A DNA stretch of 64,000 nucleotides from an uncultured virus (IMG/VR IMGVR_UViG_3300020045_011964) (IMGVR_UViG_3300020045_011964); one strand, 5' to 3'. Counted from the stretch's first letter, positions 9,822 to 18,454 are shown. Notes: generated from the sequence alone by a model not told the origin. Translations and numbers: made by a program.

Positions 9822-10856
9822 TCAGAACGGCACTGTGTCGTCCGAACCATTTCCGCCCGAAAATTCCGGCGGCATCTCACCGTCAATATTTTCATTAAGA
9901 AAACTAATAATCTCCGATGCGTCTTGTTTGGATAATCCGTCAAAGCTCGTAATCTGTCCGTCTGTTTGCGAAACACACAGATCGTATTCAAGATTGCCGG
10001 TCTTGTTGGCTAATTTGAATAACAACTGCATCTGAGCATCTGTGCAGAAATCATCGTTTTGACCGGAATGAGTTGGTGTATCTACTGCACCATTAACCAC
10101 TTCCGTCGTTACCGTCTGACTGAAATACCAATCCAGATAGACTTGCAACTCTTTATCAAGCTCGATTGCCTGAAAGTTTGTAATTTCGGAAATATTGGTT
10201 ACTGCCTGAAAGACCGGACGTAAAAATTTAATTGATCCGTTGACATCGGCGATGGTGTCCACCCATTTGACGGCAATTTTGTTGACATTGTTATTATTAG
10301 CAAAATTAATCCAGCCAATAGAATTGAGAAACGCTGGTGAATACGATTCAATCGGCACATCCACCGGATTTAGCTTTTCGGTTTTGGCTTTAACCTTTGC
10401 CTCGACGACAGCTTCATCATAGTTGGCTTTAATAGCGTTTTCAGAGAGTCCTGAGAGTCCTGCGCCTCTGAATTTGATGTTGCCTATCTTGAGGTTTTTA
10501 TCCTCATCATAAAAGGCGATATAAACTGATTTAGTGAAATTGAAATTTTTTGATTGGGTTTTGATATGCTCATATAACCCTGACGCTTTTACACCGGCCT
10601 TTGATCGGATAGTCAAAGTTTCGGTTTTGAGGTTACGAATCTCATTTGCATAATAGGATTCCTGTAAATCGTTGTCGTATCCCGTGATCGTGTTCAATTG
10701 ATCCAGGACCAAAAAAGTAAATGGTTGATCAACCGGATGGGTTTGTTTGGTTTCTTTTTCATACCACGAAAAATAACCTTTGCTTGCTTCGCCTTCCCAT
10801 TTGAACCATCGTTCACAAGGGTTCTTTATTTGTGTGTTGGGTTGTGATCTTGACAT
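9822..10856 (-). CDS. ssDNA-binding/annealing-type protein
   Basis: Position before the initiator; acidic C-terminus ending DDTVPF like SSB tails. Confidence 0.5.
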   Translation of the reverse strand: MSRSQPNTQIKNPCERWFKWEGEASKGYFSWYEKETKQTHPVDQPFTFLVLDQLNTITGYDNDLQESYYANEIRNLKTETLTIRSKAGVKASGLYEHIKTQSKNFNFTKSVYIAFYDEDKNLKIGNIKFRGAGLSGLSENAIKANYDEAVVEAKVKAKTEKLNPVDVPIESYSPAFLNSIGWINFANNNNVNKIAVKWVDTIADVNGSIKFLRPVFQAVTNISEITNFQAIELDKELQVYLDWYFSQTVTTEVVNGAVDTPTHSGQNDDFCTDAQMQLLFKLANKTGNLEYDLCVSQTDGQITSFDGLSKQDASEIISFLNENIDGEMPPEFSGGNGSDDTVPF

Positions 10857-10863
10857 TTTGTTT

Positions 10864-11167
10864 ATCTCCTACATTCTGAATTCCGTCAGACGCGGCTATG
10901 ATGTCTTTTCTAAAAACATCGTGCATTGTTGGTTGTTTCCTTTTTCATCCCTCGGAATCAGGATGTGAAGGATAGATTCGGGACTGTTGCAGTCCTCATA
11001 ATTGTAAAGCAAATGCGCGTCCAGAACCGGACAGCTCTCGCTTCCGCAATTAAACCTGTCAATAAAATTAACGCACCGGTGGCAGTATTGGTTTTCGTAT
11101 TCGTCGCCTTCACTGCCGTTTGCAAAATACCCCATATAAATCTCCTACATTCTGAATTCCGTCAGAC
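10864..11167. repeat. Perfect 28-bp direct repeat flanking gene 10896-11135
   Basis: ATCTCCTACATTCTGAATTCCGTCAGAC at 10864-10891 and 11140-11167. Confidence 0.9.
10896..11135 (-). CDS. Cys-containing hypothetical protein
   Basis: F.NGSEG..Y...C.RC...CP pattern; RBS supplied by the repeat. Confidence 0.7.
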   Translation of the reverse strand: MGYFANGSEGDEYENQYCHRCVNFIDRFNCGSESCPVLDAHLLYNYEDCNSPESILHILIPRDEKGNNQQCTMFLEKTS

Positions 11168-11174
11168 CGGAAAG

Positions 11175-11537
11175 TTACCCCGCTTTAAGCAAATTCAATC
11201 TGCTTTGGATATTCATTTGCCGGGTTTTTAGAATTTCCAGATAATCACGATTGGTCTGAATGTTTTGTTTGCCAAGCTCTCTGGCAAGCCTTAGTTCGGC
11301 GTGTCTGCGCCGGTAAATACAGGTTCGCATAGCCTCTGTCCGCTTTAAGGTCGGATCGTTCCGTTCCTCGGTGTAAAGGTCAAATAAGACCTTGTTTTTG
11401 GCTTCTTCATATTCCGCTGCCGCCCGGATGGCCTTATCGGACTGCTCCGGCATCTCTTTAGAAAGAGTGTCGAGCGCAATATCAATATTTGTCAGTTCGT
11501 TGTATAACTCATCAATACTATCTGTTTCAAATGACAT
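11175..11537 (-). CDS. Coiled-coil protein
   Basis: All-helical, GGAGG RBS. Confidence 0.6.
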   Translation of the reverse strand: MSFETDSIDELYNELTNIDIALDTLSKEMPEQSDKAIRAAAEYEEAKNKVLFDLYTEERNDPTLKRTEAMRTCIYRRRHAELRLARELGKQNIQTNRDYLEILKTRQMNIQSRLNLLKAG

Positions 11538-11626
11538 TCATTTTTCCTCCGTTTGAATTAATCAAAATTTATGGTTTTGATACAAAACCGCTTCGATTTC
11601 ATTAACTAAAAATTCGATTAAGATTT

Positions 11627-12061
11627 TCATTTCCCGTCCTGTGCCTCCGCTAATTTGATATAGGGTTCTAAATTGTCGAGGTAATTGTCGTTGTCTAGTT
11701 CGGGCAACTTAAAACGAGGTTTTTTAATTTGAGCAAATCCTATTTCTTTTGCCATTTGATTGTAATTATAGATGTCGCCACATCTTAAATAATCAAGTGC
11801 GTTTTCGAATTTGTAAAAAAATTCAAACCGTGTTTTAAGCGCGGAACTCCTCATATACCTAGAACCAATAGTGTCAGGACCAAAAACAATGCCTGAAATT
11901 TTACAAATTGTATTGGTCGTCGCGCCTCCGTAGCAAACACCATAAAAATCCACCCCAAAAGTTGTAAAATCAACCTTGACCGAAGGATTCTTTAAGCCCT
12001 CGACCATTGACATAATGATTTCTTTCGCGGTCATTGATTTGACCTTTTCTTCAAAATTCAT
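11627..12061 (-). CDS. Hypothetical protein
   Basis: 144-aa ORF with AAGGAG RBS. Confidence 0.7.
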   Translation of the reverse strand: MNFEEKVKSMTAKEIIMSMVEGLKNPSVKVDFTTFGVDFYGVCYGGATTNTICKISGIVFGPDTIGSRYMRSSALKTRFEFFYKFENALDYLRCGDIYNYNQMAKEIGFAQIKKPRFKLPELDNDNYLDNLEPYIKLAEAQDGK

Positions 12062-12441
12062 CTGCTTATCTCCTTGAAAGTTTATTAATTAGTTTCAAGC
12101 TACCTCTAAAAATAGCATTGCAAATTGTTTGAATAGGGTTATTGAATAGCCACATATTAAAGAATCTCCATTTTTACAGGCTTGATTGAGTCAACCCGTC
12201 TGCTCAATTCCATTTCATTCAAAATGAAAATTTCCGCTTCAAGTTGTCCGGCTACCTCATCCCGGCTTATTTGAATGTTTTCATATCGGCGCAAATCATC
12301 GTTCAAGACATCAAGACGAAACTGCAATGCCTCGACCTTGCACTTTTGGTCGTGATAAGACGATTTTTTTACGGTTGAAATTCTCAACTGCTTTAATCAA
12401 TTTATTTGCTTCTGTGTTTAGTTCGTAGTTCATATTTTCTC

Positions 12442-13071
12442 CTAAACTTTTTTCAATAAAGTTAATCTGGCACATCGCGCCTTTCCGTCTGAGTTGTAGG
12501 GAACAACCACATCAGCCAAATCAATCCACGCAATCCGGCAAAGCCATAAATCGGCACTTTGATAATTATTTTCGCACCATTGTTTTGTGCCGAAATTTAC
12601 CCCGCACCCACATTCTTGCGTTTTCGTTGGATTGACGTTTTCAGTCAAAACTGAACCTTCTTCAATCACCCAAGCAGTATTTAACGCATAGGTTGTTTGT
12701 CCTGCGCTAATGCGTTTATAAACTAAAATTCCAAGCTCGTCTTTGTCGAATTGTTCTAAAAATTCGGCAGAAGTTTGAACACCTTTCGCACCGCTCAAGT
12801 TTGCACCTCTCAAGTTTGCACCTCTCAAGGTTGCATCGCTCAAGTCTGCACCTCTCAAGTTTGCACCTCTCAAGTCTGCATCGCTCAAGTTTGCACCTCT
12901 CAAGTCTGCATCGCTCAAGTCTGCATCGCTCAAGTCTGCACGTCTCAAGGTTGCATCGCTCAAGGTTGCATCGCTCAAGTTTGATTTATTTTCTAAAACA
13001 AGTTGCCGAAGCGTTTTATTTTCATCTTCGACTATAACTTCCTCAGTGATTTTGTTTGATATTTGACTCAT
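12442..13071 (-). CDS. Pentapeptide-repeat protein
   Basis: About 13 A(D/N/T)L(S/R)(D/G) repeats encoded by a 15-nt tandem repeat at about 12791-12981. Confidence 0.9.
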   Translation of the reverse strand: MSQISNKITEEVIVEDENKTLRQLVLENKSNLSDATLSDATLRRADLSDADLSDADLRGANLSDADLRGANLRGADLSDATLRGANLRGANLSGAKGVQTSAEFLEQFDKDELGILVYKRISAGQTTYALNTAWVIEEGSVLTENVNPTKTQECGCGVNFGTKQWCENNYQSADLWLCRIAWIDLADVVVPYNSDGKARCARLTLLKKV

Positions 13072-13091
13072 TTTTTTTCTCCTAAAATCTC

Positions 13092-13260
13092 AATAGAAAG
13101 GCTTTATAAGTTTGCTATAAATAAAAGCCTCTCTGTTCAGATTTGAGTTAAAAGGGCGGTTATTCATTTCTAACCAAGCCCGCCCTTTCTATACTCCCAA
13201 GGTAAATAACTCGCTTGAAATCTGCGGATTTGCACCGCTTTATCGCTGACCGAATTTCAA
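13092..13260 (-). ncRNA. Cluster of hairpins including a minimal acceptor+T-arm-like element (13215-13260)
   Basis: Stems 13092-13137 and 13151-13188; TGAAATT...GCGG-TGCAAAT-CCGC-AGATTTCA. Confidence 0.4.
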
Positions 13261-13292
13261 ACCCCTGACTTTTCTAGCAGGTCGGCTCTGCT

Positions 13293-13759
13293 TCAACGGC
13301 TGACCGTTAAACTTTTCCAAAATTTTTCCATTGCTTTTTTTGCTTCGTTTAGTGTTTCAAATTCGTGCCTTTGACCTTGAAAAATACTTGAATAATATTT
13401 GCCTTTACTTTGATAAGGCTGTCTGTATTCTGTTGAGATTACAAAGATTGCACCTTTAGTTCTGACCGCTTCTTTACTGTTATATCCAACAACAAGTTTA
13501 TTTTCTTTTTTCCAAATCATTTGTTTCCTCCTTATTAGTAACTATAATTATGCGGAATTAAAGATGTAATATCTTTAGTCCAATCCGGTTTTTTCCACTC
13601 ATCCTGCGTAAAGCAAAAATGAGTTAATTTCTTTTCTTCTTTTGTTAAACACTTCTCACAAAAATAAATATCAATTTTTGTGTAAGTAGTGGAATTTCTC
13701 CCGCTATTTTCTGCGTATTTTATAGTTTCCTGATGCACAAATTTATGTTCACAGTCCAT
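13293..13759 (-). other. Two small hypothetical genes (13293-13520, 13535-13759)
   Basis: ORFs with RBS; the second has a C.H...C.KC zinc motif. Confidence 0.65.
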
Positions 13760-13786
13760 TTTTAAACCTACCTTTTTTCAAAACTC

Positions 13787-13970
13787 AATAGGACAAAGGC
13801 AAGAATTTCACTTGCGAAAAGGTTTCCGTCAATGCTTCTGTTTTTTATCTTTTCCTTTTCAGACTGCCGAACTGACTTTACTTAGAATCTAATTCTTTCA
13901 AGGATTTGCGTGTCCGGCTCTTAGGACGACTCAACTCTACCCATCTGCGTAATCGCCACTTTGCCCTATT
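13787..13970 (-). ncRNA. Structured RNA unit 1: tRNA-like shell with long insert
   Basis: Closing stem AATAGGGCAAAG/CTTTGTCCTATT (G-U on minus strand); T-arm GCAAG-TGAAATT-CTTGC directly before the 3' stem. Confidence 0.65.
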
Positions 13971-13986
13971 CAATTTTCAAAAACTC

Positions 13987-14132
13987 AATTGAGTGGTCTG
14001 TTAAGGCTCTCGCAATGTCATCCGGGTAATTGGTTATTCAGCCGGGTATCATCCTCATTCAGCATTGGCACACCCAATAAAACCTTTGCTCTTAGGCGTT
14101 AAACTTCCGCCACAAAACTTGACCACTCAATT
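13987..14132 (-). ncRNA. Structured RNA unit 2
   Basis: Perfect 12-bp closing stem AATTGAGTGGTC/GACCACTCAATT between identical 16-nt linkers. Confidence 0.6.
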
Positions 14133-14148
14133 CAATTTTCAAAAACTC

Positions 14149-14331
14149 AATTGGGCAAAAGACACTTTATGGATAGTCAACCACTTCTGGTTTGCCCGGA
14201 TAATGGGGTTTATCAACCTTGCTGTCCGAATTGTGTGTTATCCAACAACGAATCTGTTTCTGACTAAAAAACCTCGTCCGCCAATGAAAACAACCACCTG
14301 TGTCCAGAGACATCCCTACATTTGCCCAATT
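14149..14331 (-). ncRNA. Structured RNA unit 3 (long imperfect rod, 183 nt)
   Basis: Perfect 11-bp closing stem AATTGGGCAAA/TTTGCCCAATT plus nested helices GGACAC/GTGTCT and CGGA/TCCG. Confidence 0.6.
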
Positions 14332-14524
14332 CAATTTTCAAAAATCCTTTTAAGCGGGAGGCTGAATCTACTTCGATTCGCTAACCCCCCGTTGTTTCTA
14401 GCTCTAGTTCCTGTAATTATTGAGTTATTCAGTTGTCAAAGACCTTATAACTACAAAATTACAGTTGAACAAAAATAACCCTTTCGGGTATTGGGTATGT
14501 TGCAACCCAATCTCTTTTCAAAAA

Positions 14525-15457
14525 TCATCCGTGAACTCGAACTCTTTTATATTCCTCTGCCGTCAAATCCCACGCTTTTGCCTGACAAGCCAAAGCAGAT
14601 TTGCTTTGACGAGCAAATTCAGGTTCAACAAACTCAACAAAAGTTCGTCCTGTCGGACATTTCATTTTTAAGAAATAAATCTCTTTTTCTTGCGTGAAAT
14701 CGTTCAATTCGTGGTTCTTGAGTAAATAAAGTTCGTCACCCATAAAAGATTTGTCTAACAATTTAGCGGGTAATTGCAGAAGGGAATTAGAACAATATTT
14801 CAAGGCAACCGCTTGCGCATCGGCGTTTTCAATCTGCATAATTTCAGCAAATGAAGCGGTTTGGTTGGTAACTTTTTGCCAGATGGTTTTATCCAGGCTA
14901 ATACCGTCCAGAAAATAACATTCCAGACCGTCTTTCCACGCAATAGCGGGTTTTGTTTCTGAATGAAATCTTTGCTGCTCATCCTGATAAACAATCGCGT
15001 TTGGGCAAATATAAAGGATGCCGTCCTTTTCAGCCCAATAGCCTGCACCTGCTTCTTTTAACTGCAAAAACAATTCCTGAGATTCTAAGAATAATTTATC
15101 GTGTTGGTTGATTTTGTCTGGATTCGCTTGAGCAAATTCAAAACAAAAGATAAATTCTTGCCCATCGCAGTCAGTAGCCGAACTAGCCGACCTAGCCGAA
15201 CTAGCCGACCAAGCCGACCAAGCCGACCAAGCCGACCTAGCCGAACTAGCCGACCAAACCGACCAAGCCGACTCTAAAAAATCTTTATTAGTAATATCAA
15301 TACACCAAATAATGTTTGGAACTGGTAAATTGAATAATTGATAAGATTTATTTACTAATTCCGTTATCTTATCTTTGTCAAAAACATACTCTTTGCGCTC
15401 GGCAACCCTGCACATTCTATCTAAAAGTTGTTGTGTTTTTTCTGAATATTCCGGCAT
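14525..15457 (-). CDS. DUF6745-like protein with SAW/SAR repeats
   Basis: 9-nt tandem repeat at about 15176-15272; RFHSETKPAIAWKDG...YFLDGI...IMQIEN motif; C-terminal L.M.CPTGR.F...V. Confidence 0.7.
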   Translation of the reverse strand: MPEYSEKTQQLLDRMCRVAERKEYVFDKDKITELVNKSYQLFNLPVPNIIWCIDITNKDFLESAWSVWSASSARSAWSAWSAWSASSARSASSATDCDGQEFIFCFEFAQANPDKINQHDKLFLESQELFLQLKEAGAGYWAEKDGILYICPNAIVYQDEQQRFHSETKPAIAWKDGLECYFLDGISLDKTIWQKVTNQTASFAEIMQIENADAQAVALKYCSNSLLQLPAKLLDKSFMGDELYLLKNHELNDFTQEKEIYFLKMKCPTGRTFVEFVEPEFARQSKSALACQAKAWDLTAEEYKRVRVHG

Positions 15458-15459
15458 TG

Positions 15460-16020
15460 TTAATCCCTCACTTGCTCCTTTAATAAATTTTCTGACCATT
15501 TATGAGGGCAAATTTTTTCTTTGCCTCCATAGAAAGACCGGGCAAGATTGCAGTTATAGCAAAGCACCTGAAACATTTCAGGAAAATCGTTTTTTACAAT
15601 CCAATCAACTATGTTGTCCTTAAACGTTTTTCGATGCTCTGACCCGTCACTTGCTTTATGGTCTAAAGTTAAAAAATAGAAATTTGATTCGCCACAACAA
15701 ATACATTTGTTTCCATAATGCTGTAAAACCTCCCTTCTTTTTTGTTCCTTTTTGATTTTTAATTTTTCAGTATATTTTTCTTTGTGTTTTGCTCTTGACT
15801 TGGCGCTTTGCTCCCTCACTCTTTCGGGATATTTCATTCTGTAGTTTTGATTAGACCGTCTGTGGTGCTTTTTATCCTCTACAGTGTGGTTTGCCCTCCA
15901 GCGTGCGTTCATTTTGTTGTGACAACTTTTGCAATGGGAATGTAAGCCGTCTTTAGTTCGATTATTTTTGTAATAATCAGAAAAAGGTTTATCTTCTACA
16001 CAAACAGTACATTTCTTCAT
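15460..16020 (-). CDS. HNH endonuclease (sense-oriented, free-standing)
   Basis: N-terminal KKC..C...KP...Y...DGL...CK.C; C-terminal C.CCGE...LTLDH...QVLCYNCN. Confidence 0.85.
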   Translation of the reverse strand: MKKCTVCVEDKPFSDYYKNNRTKDGLHSHCKSCHNKMNARWRANHTVEDKKHHRRSNQNYRMKYPERVREQSAKSRAKHKEKYTEKLKIKKEQKRREVLQHYGNKCICCGESNFYFLTLDHKASDGSEHRKTFKDNIVDWIVKNDFPEMFQVLCYNCNLARSFYGGKEKICPHKWSENLLKEQVRD

Positions 16021-16026
16021 AGTCAG

Positions 16027-16368
16027 TCAGTCCCGAACTCGCTCCAAAACTTTTTCAAAAGGGTTATATTGTTTCTTAATGCGGATTTCGTAATCACCCT
16101 CGAACAAATCCTTCGTTTCGTGCTTATCAAAAGTTTTCAAATGTTCAAGTTTTGAAGGTTTGTTGACTCTTAAAAACATTGTCGCGTTTAAGCCTTCAAA
16201 CGCCTGCACCTGTCCGATGGCAACGTGGTGGTGCGATGACTCGGACTCTGCCAAAATAAACTTATTGCCTTTATAGATTTCTTTGGCATCGCAAGGAATT
16301 GCATCTGTCGGCAAAAGCAAAAGTTCTCCGTGTCTGATAGCTCGTTTTTCAAATTCTTTTTTTGTCAT
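16027..16368 (-). CDS. Conserved His-rich partner of DUF6745-like proteins
   Basis: RHGELLL...LAE.E.SHHH...L.H...H...G.YEI..K.QY.P...RVRD. Confidence 0.7.
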   Translation of the reverse strand: MTKKEFEKRAIRHGELLLLPTDAIPCDAKEIYKGNKFILAESESSHHHVAIGQVQAFEGLNATMFLRVNKPSKLEHLKTFDKHETKDLFEGDYEIRIKKQYNPFEKVLERVRD

Positions 16369-16399
16369 AATTTACTCCTTTTTTTTATTTCAAAAACTC

Positions 16400-16497
16400 A
16401 ATATTTGAATCTGGCTTAGTAGCGGAAATTAGCGGATCGTTTGGCTTGTCATCATTGTTCGTAACTTTCAAAAGGCGTGACACCGGATTCAAATATT
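16400..16497 (-). ncRNA. Structured RNA unit 5
   Basis: 15-bp closing stem with one mismatch (AATATTTGAATCCGG/CCAGATTCAAATATT), flanked by boxA-like linkers. Confidence 0.55.
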
Positions 16498-16519
16498 CAA
16501 TTTTCAAAAATCTCATAAA

Positions 16520-16667
16520 GCTGAGAATCGGACTTGAACCGACTTGCCCTTGCCGACTACTTAAAAAATGTTCACCATTTATCATTCGTCATCATAAAAA
16601 GTTAGCTAAACTTTTTACTCGAAAAGTTTTAGTTTTGACTCAAGGTGCTTAACCCACTGCTCTCAGC
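16520..16667 (-). ncRNA. Structured RNA unit 6: tRNA-like shell with long insert
   Basis: 7-bp acceptor GCTGAGA/TCTCAGC; canonical T-arm GTCGG-TTCAAGT-CCGAT; CCTTG/CAAGG helix enclosing about 90 nt; no anticodon loop, no encoded CCA. Confidence 0.7.
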
Positions 16668-16758
16668 AATTTTCAAAATGCGGGAAGGAGAACAATCGAA
16701 TAAAACCTTCCCGCATCAGTCGTGGCTTCCGCTCCCAATGCCACGAAAAAAAAACTTA

Positions 16759-17409
16759 CTACATTTTTGCTAAAATCTCTCTATTGATTTTGAATTGGTC
16801 AAGCAATTGACCGATAACAATAAGAGCGTCTCCCGCGTCCATGTTTTCTGTAAAATGCCCAATATAGCTATCTTCTTTTCTTGAAAAATATATACAGAAG
16901 AACACATCGTTTTCTTGCTTTGCTGTTTCAAAAATGGTTTTAATTAAAGGTTTGATTGTTTCTAGTTTTGCCATATCAGTCCTTATTTCTGAGCGGTTTG
17001 GTTATAAAACGTGTAAAATTTGAACACCGTATTTCCTAAAATAAAGTATCCAAATTCTAAAAATGCTAAAATTTCTTGAGTTTCCCTTTCTGTCAATTCC
17101 AAAGTTTTTGTTGCTAACATTACACGCTTCAAAGTTATTTTTTTTGCGCGGGTATCTTTGTAGTCTGACATTAAAATTTTTAAGGCTTCAACTTTTGTCA
17201 TATCAGTAAATAGGTTCGTAATAGTTTGCTAAAAATTCCATTGTGATTGAATTGTCGTTTTCAATCCGTTCAATCTCGTCCGCGTCAAACTCGCATCCTT
17301 CTGAGCAAGTCGCCTCTATAAGGTTGTAAAACTCCCCATCGTCTGCTGTGTCGTGTTCAAATTTGAGGGTGATTTCACCCCCGCATTTGCAATCTGTGTA
17401 AGTAGTCAT
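16759..17409 (-). other. Three small hypothetical genes (16759-16974, 16983-17201, 17203-17409)
   Basis: Packed ORFs downstream of a TTGACA-17-TACCTT promoter-like site near 17442-17470. Confidence 0.65.
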
Positions 17410-17497
17410 ATTTTCCTCTCCAAAATTTAGTAACCAAAAATAAGGTAACTAATTTAATTACTATTGTCAAGAAAAATTATTCAATTTGAAAAAAAAA

Positions 17498-17704
17498 TTA
17501 GGCAGAGTCTTGCTTCAAAAAATATTCCATCGGTTGCCCGTATAAATTGCATATCGCCGGAAAAAATCTCAGTGTTGGGCGTTGATGTCCTTTTTCATAG
17601 GCATACAAGACCTGCTTTGGCATCCCGACCTTTTTAGCTACATCGCTTTGTTTTAATCCTAATTCAAGTCGGTAATTTCTTAGTTTTTCAAAATCAATAT
17701 TCAT
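17498..17704 (-). CDS. XRE/Cro-family HTH regulator, probably leaderless
   Basis: LR.YR.ELGLKQSDVAKKVG....L..YEKG..RP; TTTACA-17-CAAAAT ends 6 nt before ATG 17704. Confidence 0.85.
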   Translation of the reverse strand: MNIDFEKLRNYRLELGLKQSDVAKKVGMPKQVLYAYEKGHQRPTLRFFPAICNLYGQPMEYFLKQDSA

Positions 17705-17751
17705 AAATAAATTTTGACATAATGCGGGAATCTTGTAAATCATTTAGTTAC

Positions 17752-18217
17752 TTATTCGATCAGGTCGCGGTAGGCTTTTTCGAGTCGTTCTGTGGTCGGA
17801 GGTATTGTTTGAAATACACGAGCCGATAGCGTCAACACCTCGTCATCCTCAGTAAAATCGAAATTGACGGCGTTGATTTCTTCTTTTGTAAATTCTTCTC
17901 TGCTTATTTCAATCTCGCTGTTTTGTTTGTAAACCCTAAACAATAACATTTGTAAGTAATTGCATTGAAAACGATATTTCTCTAAAAGTCTTGTCATTTC
18001 CGACAATGTATCTTTAATGTCTGTAATTTTGCTCATTGTAGGTTTCCTCCCTTGCACATTCAACCTGATAATTAAAAAGAAATGATTGCATTATTTTTAT
18101 ATGTTGCTGAAAAGATGTTTTATTATCCATTTGAGATAAAGTCAATAATACTTTCACATCATCTTCTAGTTGATAACACAACGCTTCTTCTTTGTTTTTA
18201 GGACTATATCTGCTCAT
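17752..18217 (-). other. Two hypothetical genes (17752-18036, 18014-18217)
   Basis: Overlapping ORFs with GGAGG/AGGAAG RBS. Confidence 0.55.
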
Positions 18218-18395
18218 TGTTCCTTCCTCACCTTTTTAATAATTCTTTTGCACTCGACCTCATCCCAAAATAGGCTTGATTTGAGCCTGAGAAGCACTAC
18301 ACGCCGTTTTTCAAGGTCAAGACGATGGAAGCATCGTCTCAGGCTTGAATTGTGGATACAGGCTATTATTTGATTATCGCTCATTTCGATTTTTT

Positions 18396-18447
18396 ATCTT
18401 ACTAAATTAAAGTTACACTTGCAAGTGTATTTATAAATTTGTATAAT
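18396..18447. promoter_or_regulatory. Divergent sigma70-type promoters sharing one palindromic -35
   Basis: Palindrome TACACTTGCAAGTGTA at 18414-18429; TTGCAA-17-TATAAT on + and TTGCAA-17-TAAGAT on -. Confidence 0.75.
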
Positions 18448-18454
18448 CCTTTTG

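Larger units (their letters stand above)
13773..14527 (-). repeat. Repeated boxA-like linker GAGTTTTTGAAAATTG and variants
   Basis: Identical at 13971-13986 and 14133-14148; variants at 13773, 14332, 14429-14444 (GGTCTTTGACAACTGA) and 14514. Confidence 0.85.

Noticed and set aside
12775..13037. Plus-strand repetitive ORFs (AQVCTS / SSLHL repeats)
   Set aside because: Shadows of the pentapeptide-repeat gene
1385..13896. 15-nt match between RNA unit 1 (13882-13896) and 1385-1399 as an antisense/guide interaction
   Set aside because: AT-rich 15-mer; a match of this size is roughly expected by chance across this many comparisons
13773..14350. CRISPR array
   Set aside because: The repeat is only 16 nt, the intervening units are 146-184 nt with their own terminal stems, and no cas genes are in the window
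14065..16652. ORFs 14065-14478(+), 14420-14671(+), 16385-16585(-), 16446-16652(+)
   Set aside because: No RBS or recognisable protein features; they overlie the structured RNA arrays
13787..16667. Canonical tRNA or tmRNA genes
   Set aside because: No 7-nt anticodon loop, no CCA and no Ala identity pair; units are far shorter than tmRNA. Reported as tRNA-like shells instead
13987..16667. Box C/D or TIGR-type guide array (ATGATGA and CTGA motifs in units 2, 5, 6)
   Set aside because: Motifs are not regularly spaced or present in all units, and no Nop-domain protein is recognisable in the window
16721..16754. Intrinsic terminator
   Set aside because: The T-tract lies 5' of the hairpin on the transcribed (minus) strand and A's follow it on the plus strand, which is the wrong geometry
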